Source: Trichoplax sp. H2 (lineage: Eukaryota). Taken from it: a DNA stretch of 64,000 bases. Positions 1 through 12,800 of this stretch are shown here, in pieces. The translations under genes were made by a program, and so were the position numbers. The stretch spans positions 434,001 through 498,000 of the forward strand of contig NOWV01000012.1 in assembly GCA_003344405.1 (NCBI GenBank), in the 5' to 3' direction. A model generated the notes under the pieces. That model ran no database searches and was not told the origin of the DNA. It worked only from the letters and a program-made list of their open reading frames with translations. The stretch's first letter is position 1; each line of letters begins with the position of its first letter.

Positions 1-573
1 CCAATCTACCAATCAAACAATACCGTTATAAATTTCACGACTATTTATACCATTTTCCCATTTTGACCGGACTTATCCACTCCATTGCAAGCATATGGCC
101 GATCGATTTGGATGCCTTGAAGATCATTAATTAATTCGCAGTGAGTGCTGTCATACTTATTCGTTGCCCTTGTTGCCAATCATAGTCGTCTACTTGTATT
201 CATTTTATTAGCCATATTGCGTAGGGTAAAGAAACCAGTGACATGTGCAGTGAGAGTGTCGAGAAGGGTCTATCTTTACCGATTACTCCATCCATCGCGA
301 TGAAATTGGCGTTATCGCCAATCGTAAGCGATACTGTGCCATATCCTATTTCAATATCATAGTAATAAGTTGATCGAACTACAAGAATAGCCAAATGTTT
401 ATCATTTCTTTCTATTCCACATACGTTGATTGAAGATACAGCAATCAAGCCATACAATAATTTATCCTGTCCAATAGTTGTCTAGCCGTAAGATTGATGT
501 TGTCTTAGATTGGATATATAACCTGCACTCTAGAATACAATATTGAATTGACGCAATCTTGTAAGATTATATC

Positions 574-655
574 TCTTTTTTTCCCCCCCCCCCTACTTTG
601 GCCATTTTTTAAATCTTTTTTCCCCCCTTATTTTTAACCCTTATTTTCATCACCC
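574..655. repeat. Polypyrimidine/poly-C tract upstream of the BIG3 start codon
   Basis: T-run followed by C11 (583-593) plus further C-runs, in otherwise AT-rich DNA. Confidence 0.7.
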
Positions 656-884
656 TATCATTGATTCAATTGTTCGTTATTGAAGATACTCTATACTCCA
701 CTATTCATAGTTGAAATTAGGAATTTGTCTCCGATTTTGGCATCAAAATAGAGATATAGCTCAATCTGTAGTCGTTGCCAATGCAGTATACTGTAAACTA
801 TCATCAACAGTCTTGTATCAGCAATCGATTGAATATCTTGAGATTGACGCAATGGGTATCTTTTATTTAAGTCCATCCAAGAAT

Positions 885-3800
885 ATGGAGTCGGTTCTTC
901 ATCAATTATCCAAGGATGCGTCGCCAACCAAGCAGAAATCGCTTCGTGATGCTTGTGCAACAGCTACAGGTATAGTTATTTATCCAAGAATATCAATCTA
1001 TTCACAAATAGACTGATGGCTAGATTGCCGGTAAAATTTCAATTCCTTTCATCATCGAATACAATACTTGTACTACATCGATGTTATTCATTTGCCTAAC
1101 ATAGTTATACAGTTAGTTGAAAGTAAGTCATGTCCATTTCGTTGTCTTTAGCGATAGTCACAAGATATAACAGTCGTTATTGAAATTGTTATCAACAACA
1201 GCATGGTTAAAATACACACCCGACAATTAAAATCTCCTTCAGAAGTGAATCATTCGTTATAGTCATAAAAATGCCCTACTTTATTTGAATTCTAAGCGTT
1301 GTACTTGACTCATTCCATTGAGTATTATACTATGGAGATAATCGATATCATCTTTTCACTATTATATCCTAGAAATCTTGTTGGGTAAAAGTTCCGTCAA
1401 GCCTTATATACTAAGGTAAGCTGAAACCATCCGAACGTAAATATGGGAAAGCAATACCACGTTGTTAACCTTTACTAGAATGGTATTGTTGAGTTTTGTA
1501 TGCCATGGCTACATTATTCTACCGTTATACTTGTCGGATAAAATCATAATAACCCACTATCTTACATCGTGGAATCAACTAGTACCAACGATGATAATGT
1601 TAAATGTACAATTTACAACCATGAATTTAGTCAATGGAATAGAATATGATCAACTTTAATTGCTGAAAGACAAAAAAAAAAGAAAGAACTACTGTACATG
1701 GAGGTAGTGTATAACCACTTTTTAATGTTGTCTTTCCAATCTTATCGTAGAGAAAAATGCCTATTACCCATCAAGTTAGCATTTGAAAGCCGGAGTAATA
1801 AATTGGCTGGCCATGGCATTCGAGGACTCCAAGTAAGTTCAAAATAAAAAGTTCTTTAAATTTTTTTTTTTACTTTTTGTATTATTGTGACATCAAAATA
1901 TGACAGCTTTTCTAACCGCAACAGCATCATTTTATGACCAACTAAAATTTCACAGTGACTTCAACAAGAAACTAAAATATCTTCACTTTATGTAATGGAC
2001 GTAGTATTTATTCCCTTCCGTTTTATTCATTGCTTTATTACTCTTCATTTCCATCCTGACATTTTATTCGTCTATCTCATTCTGCGAACAACTGTTCAGT
2101 TAAAAATTGTTGATCATTTCAGAATTGCTCCATAATCTTGTAATAGAAGTGTTACAGGCAATGATATACATACAAATGAATTTGAAAGAGGTAGAAAAAA
2201 TGAATCCATCGTAGACGCTATTCCTGCGGTAATTGACAAACTACTATTTTATCGTGTCAAGAATAAAGTAATAATACTATCACGCGAGATACTAACTCGA
2301 CGAATGAAAGACATTTATGTACATCGCCATTTAATCAACGCTCATGTGTGCCATCGTTTATTCTAAACAATATCTTCACCTACGTTGTCATAATAGCAGC
2401 TAGTATACGCATAGCTTATTAGCTTATAAATTTATACGCTCACTCCACGTTAAAATATTGGATAATCGATCATGTCAAGAGTTTTAGTATCCACGCTCAA
2501 AAGATGCCAATACCTTCGGAGCAGACGTACTAACATAGGGCATCAAGGAAGAAAATTGTAGTCAACCATTCAATCTATTCCTATAAGATATTCAGTCTTG
2601 ATGTTATACCGTTCAATCCTGCGTAGAATCAACTTTTAACGATAGAAAATAAATGATAAAAGTCATCTTGCGTAGAAGTACAGTCGATATCAGTTCAACT
2701 TGCCATGTTAACTTATTAATCTATTCCTTAGTCAATCTGCAATTCCTTATCTACCCAATAAAGCTTGAAAGCAGATTTTCCCCCTTTTCTCTCCAAGCCT
2801 ACTAGGACACAAAACATAACTCAGTTAAAGTGCAAATAAATAATATAATAATCAACGCTATACAATATCTTACAATACTATCGTTACTTAACAAGCTATC
2901 ATTGAGATCGAGCAAAATTGAAAGAAAAACTGTAATCAGCTTGTTAAATTCAGGTAAAATACTATAGTTAACCTTCAGATAAATTTGAATAGTCTATATT
3001 GATCAAATTAGACGTGATAACATCATCCAATTGATCAACCATTGATTGATGATAGTAAAATGAAATCAAATACGGGGAGAAAACTTGTTAAAGTCCCTTG
3101 ATGAATTTTATTCTACCATTGGATCCATACTAACTTCACGTACCTTCTGCTTTCATTGCTTTTATTACTTTGTCTTTTTTGTTTTCATTCCATCAATAAT
3201 ATATCCCTCTATTTATAGTTATGTTTAGAATTTATTTTAACAGACAGTATAGGCTATCCTGTAAAACATCAGTGGTATTCCTTTACGCTATACTTTTATA
3301 ACAAATATCAATAAATTCTGCTAGGTAGTATACGTAAACAATGCCTTCAACTAATTGTTTAATAACACTATAATTTTACAATACTTTCTTCTATACTCAG
3401 CCGATAACGACCAATTAAACTAATTTTTCCCCTCTTCTATATGTCATGAAATATAAAATGGAGAGATCAAGTGTACTCGTTTATCCAGTAATTAGCTTCA
3501 TATCATAATTAACCAAGATAAAATGAACATCATCGATCGACGATGTTGTTATATAAAAGTAAAATACTTGTAAACCGTTATGGTAGACAGACATTGGCTT
3601 AACAAATCATTCAACAATTCGAAAAATTGTTGAGGGGGCTACAGAAAAAGATTCCTATAGCTTTTAATAAAAACCCTTAGGTAACAAATTATACTTTATT
3701 GCTCAATAATTGATACTATTATTTTATAAAAAGACGATATACTATAGAAATAAACGCTTAAAATTCAACTATCCTTTTGAAATGATGAAAAATATTGCAT

Positions 3801-6800
3801 AATCTTTTAGGATGCACATAGAAATGATATCACTATACTATTTTTAAATTACAGCATTTCAAATTTTTCCTCTTAAGCTAATGATATTATCTATTGTCAT
3901 GTGCATTTATACTGACAAGTTACGGCCATGATGATATTCATTTACTAACAACGAGTACGTTGGAAGCCTTAAATAACTACTATCTAAAAATCTAGTTCGA
4001 AAATGACATTTTCCATCATTGCCTGATAGTGAAAATTGAATACTAAAGTTAATCAGATGTAGAAAATCTAAAGATGCTCGCACTCGCTCTGGATATAGGA
4101 ATAAAAATAATAATCCTGTAGTAACATTGGACTGAATCGTACTGATTCACTACTACAAGGTCAAAAACAAAATATGTAAATTATTTTTAATATGCAAAGC
4201 TTTATTCCAGCACAATAGATCGATTAGTGAGAGCGCAGCTCTTGATGCTGTACATCCACATCTATTCTAATCGTATAATGAATTCAGAAAATAAACTTTG
4301 TTTTTCCTTTAATTTAACTAATGAAGATCATATTTCATCAATCTCAGTTGTCTAACTCTTAAATAGTGATGAGGATCTATAATTTTGTTCGTAGGAAGCA
4401 TTTCTATATTACAATCATCGCGATTTCAGCCATTGACTACTATACTAAATGTTTGCTTAAATTTTCGATCCTTCTCCTTCTAAATTCTTTAATTTATGTT
4501 CATATCCTTAAAGTATCTTAAAATTTCGTTGTTGTTACTTAACAACCTAATTCTCTTTTACTGTCTGAATTTGTAATCCTCTTTACCACTTGATATACAG
4601 GTATAGTGGTTATGTTCATTCTTTAGCTAATCACTAAGTTCTAAAGTCTATTGTAAAACTATACGTATTGCGTATACTGTAGATAAAAATTTAATGGAAC
4701 GTTTTTTTTATTGGAGAGAGACAGTAGCCTAATAAACTTTTAAAATTAATAAAAAATGCCTTTAAGGTAATTTCTACCTTCGTAAAATGTAGACAGTTCA
4801 AAACTACTGGCTACTGTCATGATGATATATACGTATATCATACGCGTATGTGGGTGTCGTTAAAAAAGATTCTTGCCTACAGCATCAGTTAAGAAGCTAT
4901 AATAATAACTTCAGTAGTACATTTTCTTCTCGATCCAATCAAAATGATACGCAGTAATAATAGGATACTTTCACTGTGTTGTAATGAATAGTCGTATATG
5001 ACGAACTGAAAAAAATTCAGTTACCAATATTTCTTTTGTCCTTTTACGTATATTGTATACCCATATGCCAGTATAATTAATTGTAGCATCGTCATTAACA
5101 GTCAATTTTTATTCTCCTTTCTTAATAATAATTGTAATACAGAATATGAATGAAAGATTATCGTTTGCAACTATAATTTTATGATAAACGGTGATGCTAA
5201 ATTCAGCTAGTAACAAGGCTTTTAATCATTTTGTAAAACTATTATTCATCGTGAGCTATATTTTTAATTAACACACAACTGTAATTATATTAAAGAAATT
5301 TTCCTTGGTACTCGTAATTTATTAATTAATACAACGAATACATATCAGTGTTATGATGACCTAGAAAGAGCAATAATTAATTTCTCTTAAGTAATTAGGC
5401 AACTATTTAGTATCTGCTTGTTCCTTCCGGTTGTCTTATCATTAATCCTGTGATTACTAATAAGTACAGTATCATACACTGTCAAAGCTATTTTTTTCCT
5501 ATTCTTTTTCGTAAAACTAGACAGTAAAACAAATTTATATAACAGTTATTGAATAATTTTATTCATCTACAATTATTATACATAGCCACTAGCATAGGAG
5601 CGCATTTAAAAAACATCTATTATCGCAATCTACTTAAAAGTCATCCAATCTACAGTATTGCGCTTGAAATGCTGCAAACTAAAATTAGCCTTATTAAAAT
5701 CCAGAATGGATTTATTCTATGTTCTCGCCGATGCTCTATTTTCTAATAGCACTGATATCACTCGTGAAATCCCTGCAGTAGTCGTAGTTGGTTGAAATTA
5801 AATGATAACTCTCGATGATATTTGATGCTAGCATATGCGCATAATCAATCGTAGAAATTGTATTGAGATAGATTATAAATGTGTTTATCAACTGATTTAC
5901 CGGCAATGCCTATTGGTATTTCATTTTTAGAAAATTCTTTTAGACGATCGCTTCGCCAGTAGTGAAAATGACCCGTTTGACTGTCAACTTACTGTCCAAC
6001 TGATTAATACATTTACAAATATTACCAACTTTTCCGATGAAATTCAAATCGAAATTATGAAGGTAAGGAAATGTCTTCCCGACTACCAATACTACATCAT
6101 TTCTTTCTATCTATGCAGTGTATACTAGTAAGAGAGTGAAATATATCATTATCCGAGTAGATTCTGCGCGTATACTTCCAATGCTTGTCTAATCTAGCGT
6201 ATTAAAACATTTATTGATTTACATTACTTTTTATAATAATTCTACAATACATATCGTATGTATAGTAATTACATTTATTTTCTAAAAAACTACTCAATTT
6301 TTGATACAGCCTTATACAAATTACCATTTACGTCATCGTCGTCAACAAATTTATACAATATTTTACGAACAAATTGACATCTTTATGCTTTCTAATTGCC
6401 ATTAACCAATCGTATACTAATCTAGATCCTATAAAATTGTTGATGAGCATAGCATTTAGATTGCTATACAATAATTCTATAATCTACAGTATGTCAGTAT
6501 GGGAGTTGTATTTATATTTAGAGATTATTTTTAAGATGCGATACTATTCCTATGTCATCATAAGATTTGATAATACAAATATTTCACTATCCAAGCAGCA
6601 TATTTATACTTCTGATATATCTAATATAGTATACAATAACTCTGATTCCTCAAAATATTTGATTAAAAGTAAAATATTAATTGCATATTACAATAAGTCT
6701 ACTTGTAACAATGAAAATCATCTTTATGTTCAAACAAATCATTCTAAATGCAGCTAATATACTGTAATCGTATACTATATCTTATGTCGTAAGATTTCAA

Positions 6801-9800
6801 AACATATATAGCCATGAAAATTTTGAGAGATATTCTTCGCTATCGCAACTTTCAAGTGTTTATATAGTATTTATTGTCTATCATATCTTATTATAATAAC
6901 ATTGCTAATTTAATGAGTAATTGAGTAGCAATGAAATGATAGATAAATAAATAGGCCTAGTATCGCAGAGGGAACTGAAAAGTACTGCAGTTACATAAGA
7001 AACGTGGCAGCTGTCTTGAATATTTCCCTTACATGCAAATATGTTTTGTATTTAAAGCTAATACTTAAATATGGCAATGTACTTTACTGCAATATTTCTA
7101 ATGTTAATGCTTTCAAACTGAAGTACTCCACTGTCAAAGTAGGCAATTCATCTGTGCAACAGCACTTTTAAAAAGTGATTCATTTACAGTTTAGTAATAT
7201 AAATAAATAGCATTCGGTTTGGATAAAAAAATCTGCATATGTAAATATTATGACAGATATCTATCTTCAAGCAGAAACAGATAAAGCAAATATGTTTTCA
7301 TTTTTTTCCTTATAGATTTATGTGGTAGTATTCTCTTTTCGAGTTAGACTAAATAGAAAGTTTTCATTATTTAATAGTTTATCACGATTTTGATTAAATA
7401 CTGCATCATGATGGCGAATACACCCGGCTTGTTAGAAAGAAAAGCTCACAGGGCTAGCATTAAATCGTACTTTATTCATAGAAGATTATCATAATAGTCA
7501 TTCGATAATTTTACGCGGATTAATTGTAGTGAGATAATAGCACCAACCATATTTAGGCTATTTAGGGTTAGGAATAATAAAATTGCGATAGTGCTATCAT
7601 ATTCAAATAAAATAATAAAAAGAATTTTTGTAGCTTAGTAATAGAATTAAAGTAAGTAGATTGTAGCCATCATACGTATATAGTATAGATCAATATTACT
7701 TTATAGAAGTGCCAATGATAGACGTAAAACTGACAGTTAATTGTAACCTTAACATTCTGTCATATTAAAAACATTGGAAAGGAATGATAGACGAATTATA
7801 GCTATGAAATTCTGTTTAAGTGGTTCATTTGTAATCAAACACAGATTTTACTGGCTGCGACTTGTTCTCTGAATTGTCAACTGCATGGAGAAGAATTGAA
7901 GAAAGCAGCTCAGGTAACTTAAGTATCATCAATCTTAGTACAGTATATGATCTACTATCTAATATCAATATAGTCCTTGATCGGATTAAAACTAGTGAAT
8001 TATGTTTTACTTTAGCCATAGCCACCTTAAAATGTAGGTTACAAAATAATTCTGATAATAAGTATTTTAATCTTAATATTAAAGTGAATGGACTACAACT
8101 AATTATACGCAATAAAATATGTGTAATAATTATTTCTAACTTACTATTAATAATCTTATTACTAAATTAATATTACAATGAATTTCTTAGTTATGCTTAG
8201 ATACATTCTCACGTAATCACCAGCATGGTACGAAGACAGCAGCTAAAGCAACGTTAACACAACTATTAAGCTCGATTTGCCATCAATTAGAGGAACATTT
8301 TAAGGTTATAAAAGAATATTATCGCAACCACTCAATTTTGCCATTCTACGCTGTTTTTATTATATATGATTTGATCACTCATTTATCTTTTAAGCTTATT
8401 CGTTCTTAATTATAGGTTATCGATATAATACAGAAAAGAACTGATAACGATAGAGAATTAGAATCTACTGCTACTGTTGACTTAAGCAATATCAATGTTT
8501 CATCTGATGATGATAAAGCCACCGTTCAACAAGACGAAAATCCTGAACCAACACAAAATGGTAGTGCTGTTGCTAGTGCTGATAGCGAAACACCAATTGG
8601 GACAGAATCTACAAAATTCGATGAGAACAAGCATGAAATTACCTCCGATAGTTGCGACGCTGAAAATAACAATAATTCAGTTCGTGATTTAGATGCAACT
8701 ATTCATTCGGAAAATAAAGAAATTCAGGAACAGTCTCAATCATCCAACGAAAATACAAGTCAATGATAGTGATGAAAATAGTTGTAAATCCCCATCTGCA
8801 GAATCTCTAAATACCATAGAAGGAGAAAATGAAATTGTAAATACTACCTGCGATTCCGATCACGAAACGATAGTTGAAATTAAAATAGCAGATAAAGAAT
8901 CGCAGGATGTTAACACTACATCGTCTGATACAGATGAAATTATTGTACAAGAAGAAATTTCTGTTCTAAAGGAGGAAGAAGACGAAACTAATCCCAGCAA
9001 TAATGTTAACGAACCTGACGATAACTCATGCCCTAGTGAATCTCAAAATGATAATGAAGGCGAAATTGGAGAGTCCAGCAATTTGGCCATTTCGGAAAAT
9101 AGTGACGAAATTTCTCACGCTATTAGTACTGATGACAGTGAAATATTGAAATATGAAAAAGAAAGTGATGATGTCGATCAGAAAAAAATACCAGATGATA
9201 ACGTAGATACAGACTATAATTCCACCGATGCTATAACCGATAAATCTACGGAATCTACTGATGCAAAAGTGACTTCAAATGATACATCGATCAGTTTTAC
9301 TGCTGAAAGCGAGCAAACTGATGTAAAACCCAATAACGAAGCAACAGCATCGACACCTGCAACTCCTTTACCTAAGAAAGGCAAGAAAACCGTATCATTT
9401 GACGATGAGGTGGCTGGTGCAGCAGCAGCAAATACAGATAAAGTACATAATGGGATTAATATTTCCATTTTAAAATCCACTGGAAGTAACCATACACGAG
9501 CAGCTCAAGAAGCAAAGTTCAGCTCTTTCGCTAGCAACCAACAAGCAAAAATCAACGATTATAATGATACTTTATCCGGTAAGACATTTTATGCTTGCGT
9601 AATATTAATGTTTTTTAGGTCACAAGATTATTTTCAAAGAAAGCAGCCGCTAAGTCAAATATTTTTATATTATAATGATATCATATACTAGACGCAGAGG
9701 ATATGGTTGAAAAATTAACAGAAGACATCATCATGTTGCTCGAATTTTTTAGTTTAGGAATTGAAGCTATTCCAAGGCAAGCCACTTAAAATTCATTATA

Positions 9801-12800
9801 TTTTATATTTAATATACTCATATCTATAAACGAAAAATTCTAGATATTTTAAGTATTAATGGATAGATGCTTAAGATTAATGTTTATAATCAACAGGCAA
9901 ATGGATCTTCAGACGTTATCCCTATATTTAGATTCCATTCATGTCATTTTAAGAACCTCACCAACAGTCTTAGAAAATTATAAAAGCTTTGTTAATGTCG
10001 TTTGGTATGCTAAAAGATATCTACATAAACTTAATCTCATTTACGATTGCATTTCACGTTGTAGCCAATAGCAATTTAAATGTATTTACTTTTCGTTATA
10101 TCATTTGGAAATTATGGTAGGCAACGATTATCGCCGGCATTAATATGCGTTTTAGGTCTAACACCTCAATCATTTGGTCTAAAATCCAGCCAACAGACGA
10201 TGTATATCTACAATAACAGAACCTGTTATAAAATTGTGGAGGAGCTATTAAAACATACCAGATCGATTCCCTCTCTTCGTCCAGTTTTAGAATCTATCTT
10301 TTATCATATGTTAGCTTTCCCTCCACCTAATCAGAGATTAGAGCAACTAAAAGCGTTAAAATCGGTGCCGTACTAACTTAAAAACCAATTACTACAACTA
10401 ACCAATCATACGATTAACGCTAATATAATTTTACATTATTACTTTTACTCTATTATAGCTATTTGCTTCACCAACTCGTCTACTTGATATCACGTTGCCT
10501 GTACTCCAACAATATCGAAATAACTCGATTACAGATATCAAAGAAGACAAGGCCATATTAGGGCTACTAAAACTGTAAGTTTTCACAGTGATTATTTTTC
10601 CATTGCAATTATGAATTAGTTGTAATTATGGCATTAATATCAAGAACTTTTCCATCATACAAATACTTCTACACTTACTTGCCTACGGTTTGAATTGCCC
10701 TTTACATCATTAACGCTGTCAAAGTATTGATGTAATATCTAAGGAAATTCCGTTTTTTTAATTATAGTGTACTAAGGTTACCTTCAATATAGATTAGTTA
10801 AGAATTTTATATTTCATCTGTAATATTGTATCGCAGTGCATACTTCATTTGTAATAACATTAATTAACGGTATGATACTTTAGGAAATAGACTATTTTAT
10901 AGCGAGGTTGCTATTCTAAACGATCATTATACTCATATACATAGGTGTCTGCAGAGTGCTGTGGAAGCTAGCGAGAGTGGCGATTTGGCTAGTTTACAAA
11001 CAAGCATTGAATGTGTTTGTGCACTTCTGGAATCGACAGAAGAATTAAGCAAAGGTTCATTGATGTCAGAAAGCCTTCTTCAGTATATGGAAAAAACTTT
11101 AAGCCATTTATCATCAAGCAAAGCTATACCTATCAAGTCTAATGAATCAGAGATAGCTCAAAAATTAAAAGCGTAAGAAAATAATTCTGATATTATCCGC
11201 CTATTATTGTAGATATAGGTTATCATATTTTTAAATAAGTTTTATGTACCTATATCTAACTCAATCTAACAATTAATAGTGTGGCAGCAGAATCACAACA
11301 TACCCCTCAAGATAAAGAAAAGGAGGAAAATTTAGCGGCGGAGAAATCGAAGGTTGCAAAATTAGATATGGAACCCCATAGCATCACAGATATAGCAAAA
11401 GAAAACAACGAAGTTAAATCTGAAGCTAGTGAACAGCAATTCAATGTTGAAACAAATGAAGAAAAAATCTCGGAAAGCGATCAGGAAGATATTACTGATA
11501 AAAATATTGATGAACAAAACATTGAAATTGACGAATCTTTACAAGAAGAGGATGTCATAGCTACCAGCGATAATGCCAACTTAGCTGATCACCCATCGGA
11601 AGATAATAATCCAAGTACCAATAGTGAAATCCAACCTATTTCAGCGATCGGTGAAGAAGAACGAGATGCAATTGTAAAACAATTGTCCGGCAAATATTTA
11701 GAATCAGAAAGCAACTCACCATTAACACAAATTATGTCACCGAGTATGGAAATAAATGAAAAAGAAAGCGTACAAAAATTTCTTAGTTGTTTAATGGAGA
11801 TCTTACCTCATATTTTGCGCTTAGATAGTTTAACAGATGTAGATACTATGTTGCAACAATTTTCATCAAGCATTTGTAGCATCTTAAGTAGTCCAAAGGG
11901 GAAGCAACAACAATCATTCCCCAATCAAATTATTCGTGATGATGATGACGAAAATTCATCATTGTGCTCGGAGAAAAGATCTAGTAAACGCCAAGCTAAT
12001 GACCTTACTCCTTCTTATGCGGATAATATTTATCTTGCCACATATTCTGTTTTGTCCTTATGTTGGAAATTGGATATGAGCGGCTATTACAGAAGCCTGA
12101 AATTAAATCAAGAACGTACCCCCATAGTATCTGAGGTACGCCAACTAATAGAATTTAATATTCCTTTCACGTAGACGACTATGACATTAAAAATCCTGAA
12201 TAAGAAATTCGATCTTTGTATAGCTCTTTTATCGATGAATAAGCCTTGTGTTAGCAAATGTCGATGTGGTTGTGTACAAAAAATATATTTATAATCAATG
12301 CATTGTTTATTTCTATGTTTAAGGCTGAATTTATAAAAAGTACAGAAGAGAATAATAACGCTATCCCGCAGCTTCCTACTTCATGGCTATCGGAGCTTTA
12401 CCATCGAATACTATCATTTAACATATTAGAAACTGCAGGCTATGATAAGAGTTTCGGCAACCCTCATCTTATTAGGCTAATTAAGGAGGATAGTGTTGAA
12501 AGGCGCTTAAAACAATTGAAAACTCTTGAAGATGATCGTTTGATACTTTTTGAATTAGGTAATACTCGATCAGTTGACTTGATACCTGATTCCAAGTAAT
12601 AGTTTTAGTTGTAATTTTTTTAATTTGCTACTCATTTTATTTTGGCAGGAAGAAAATTAGCTCGCAGCATACTTACTACAGTTTGGGACCATATCATGCA
12701 AATTTTAATTGCTCCATTAACTGTCCCAAAACCAATAACTGCGAAGACGATGGTTAGCATGGTCCTAAGCAATTATAAAGAACACCACCTAAAAGAGCGC

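Noticed and set aside
44..215. Minus-strand frame MANKMNTSRRL*LATR...GKMV with a single in-frame TGA (possible selenoprotein or readthrough)
   Set aside because: No recognisable homology, no redox motif and no SECIS evidence; compatible with chance.
200..960. ORFs 200-457 (-) and 691-960 (-), and the 5' part of 711-1016 (+)
   Set aside because: No recognisable protein; only 885-969 of the + ORF is a supported BIG3 exon.
5549..8170. Short I/L/Y/N-rich ORFs in BIG3 introns (5549, 6374, 7825, 7862)
   Set aside because: Composition is typical of AT-rich intron DNA; the real exons are in other frames.
9214..9480. Minus-strand 88-aa ORF with signal-peptide-like start
   Set aside because: Antisense shadow of the BIG3 acidic exon.
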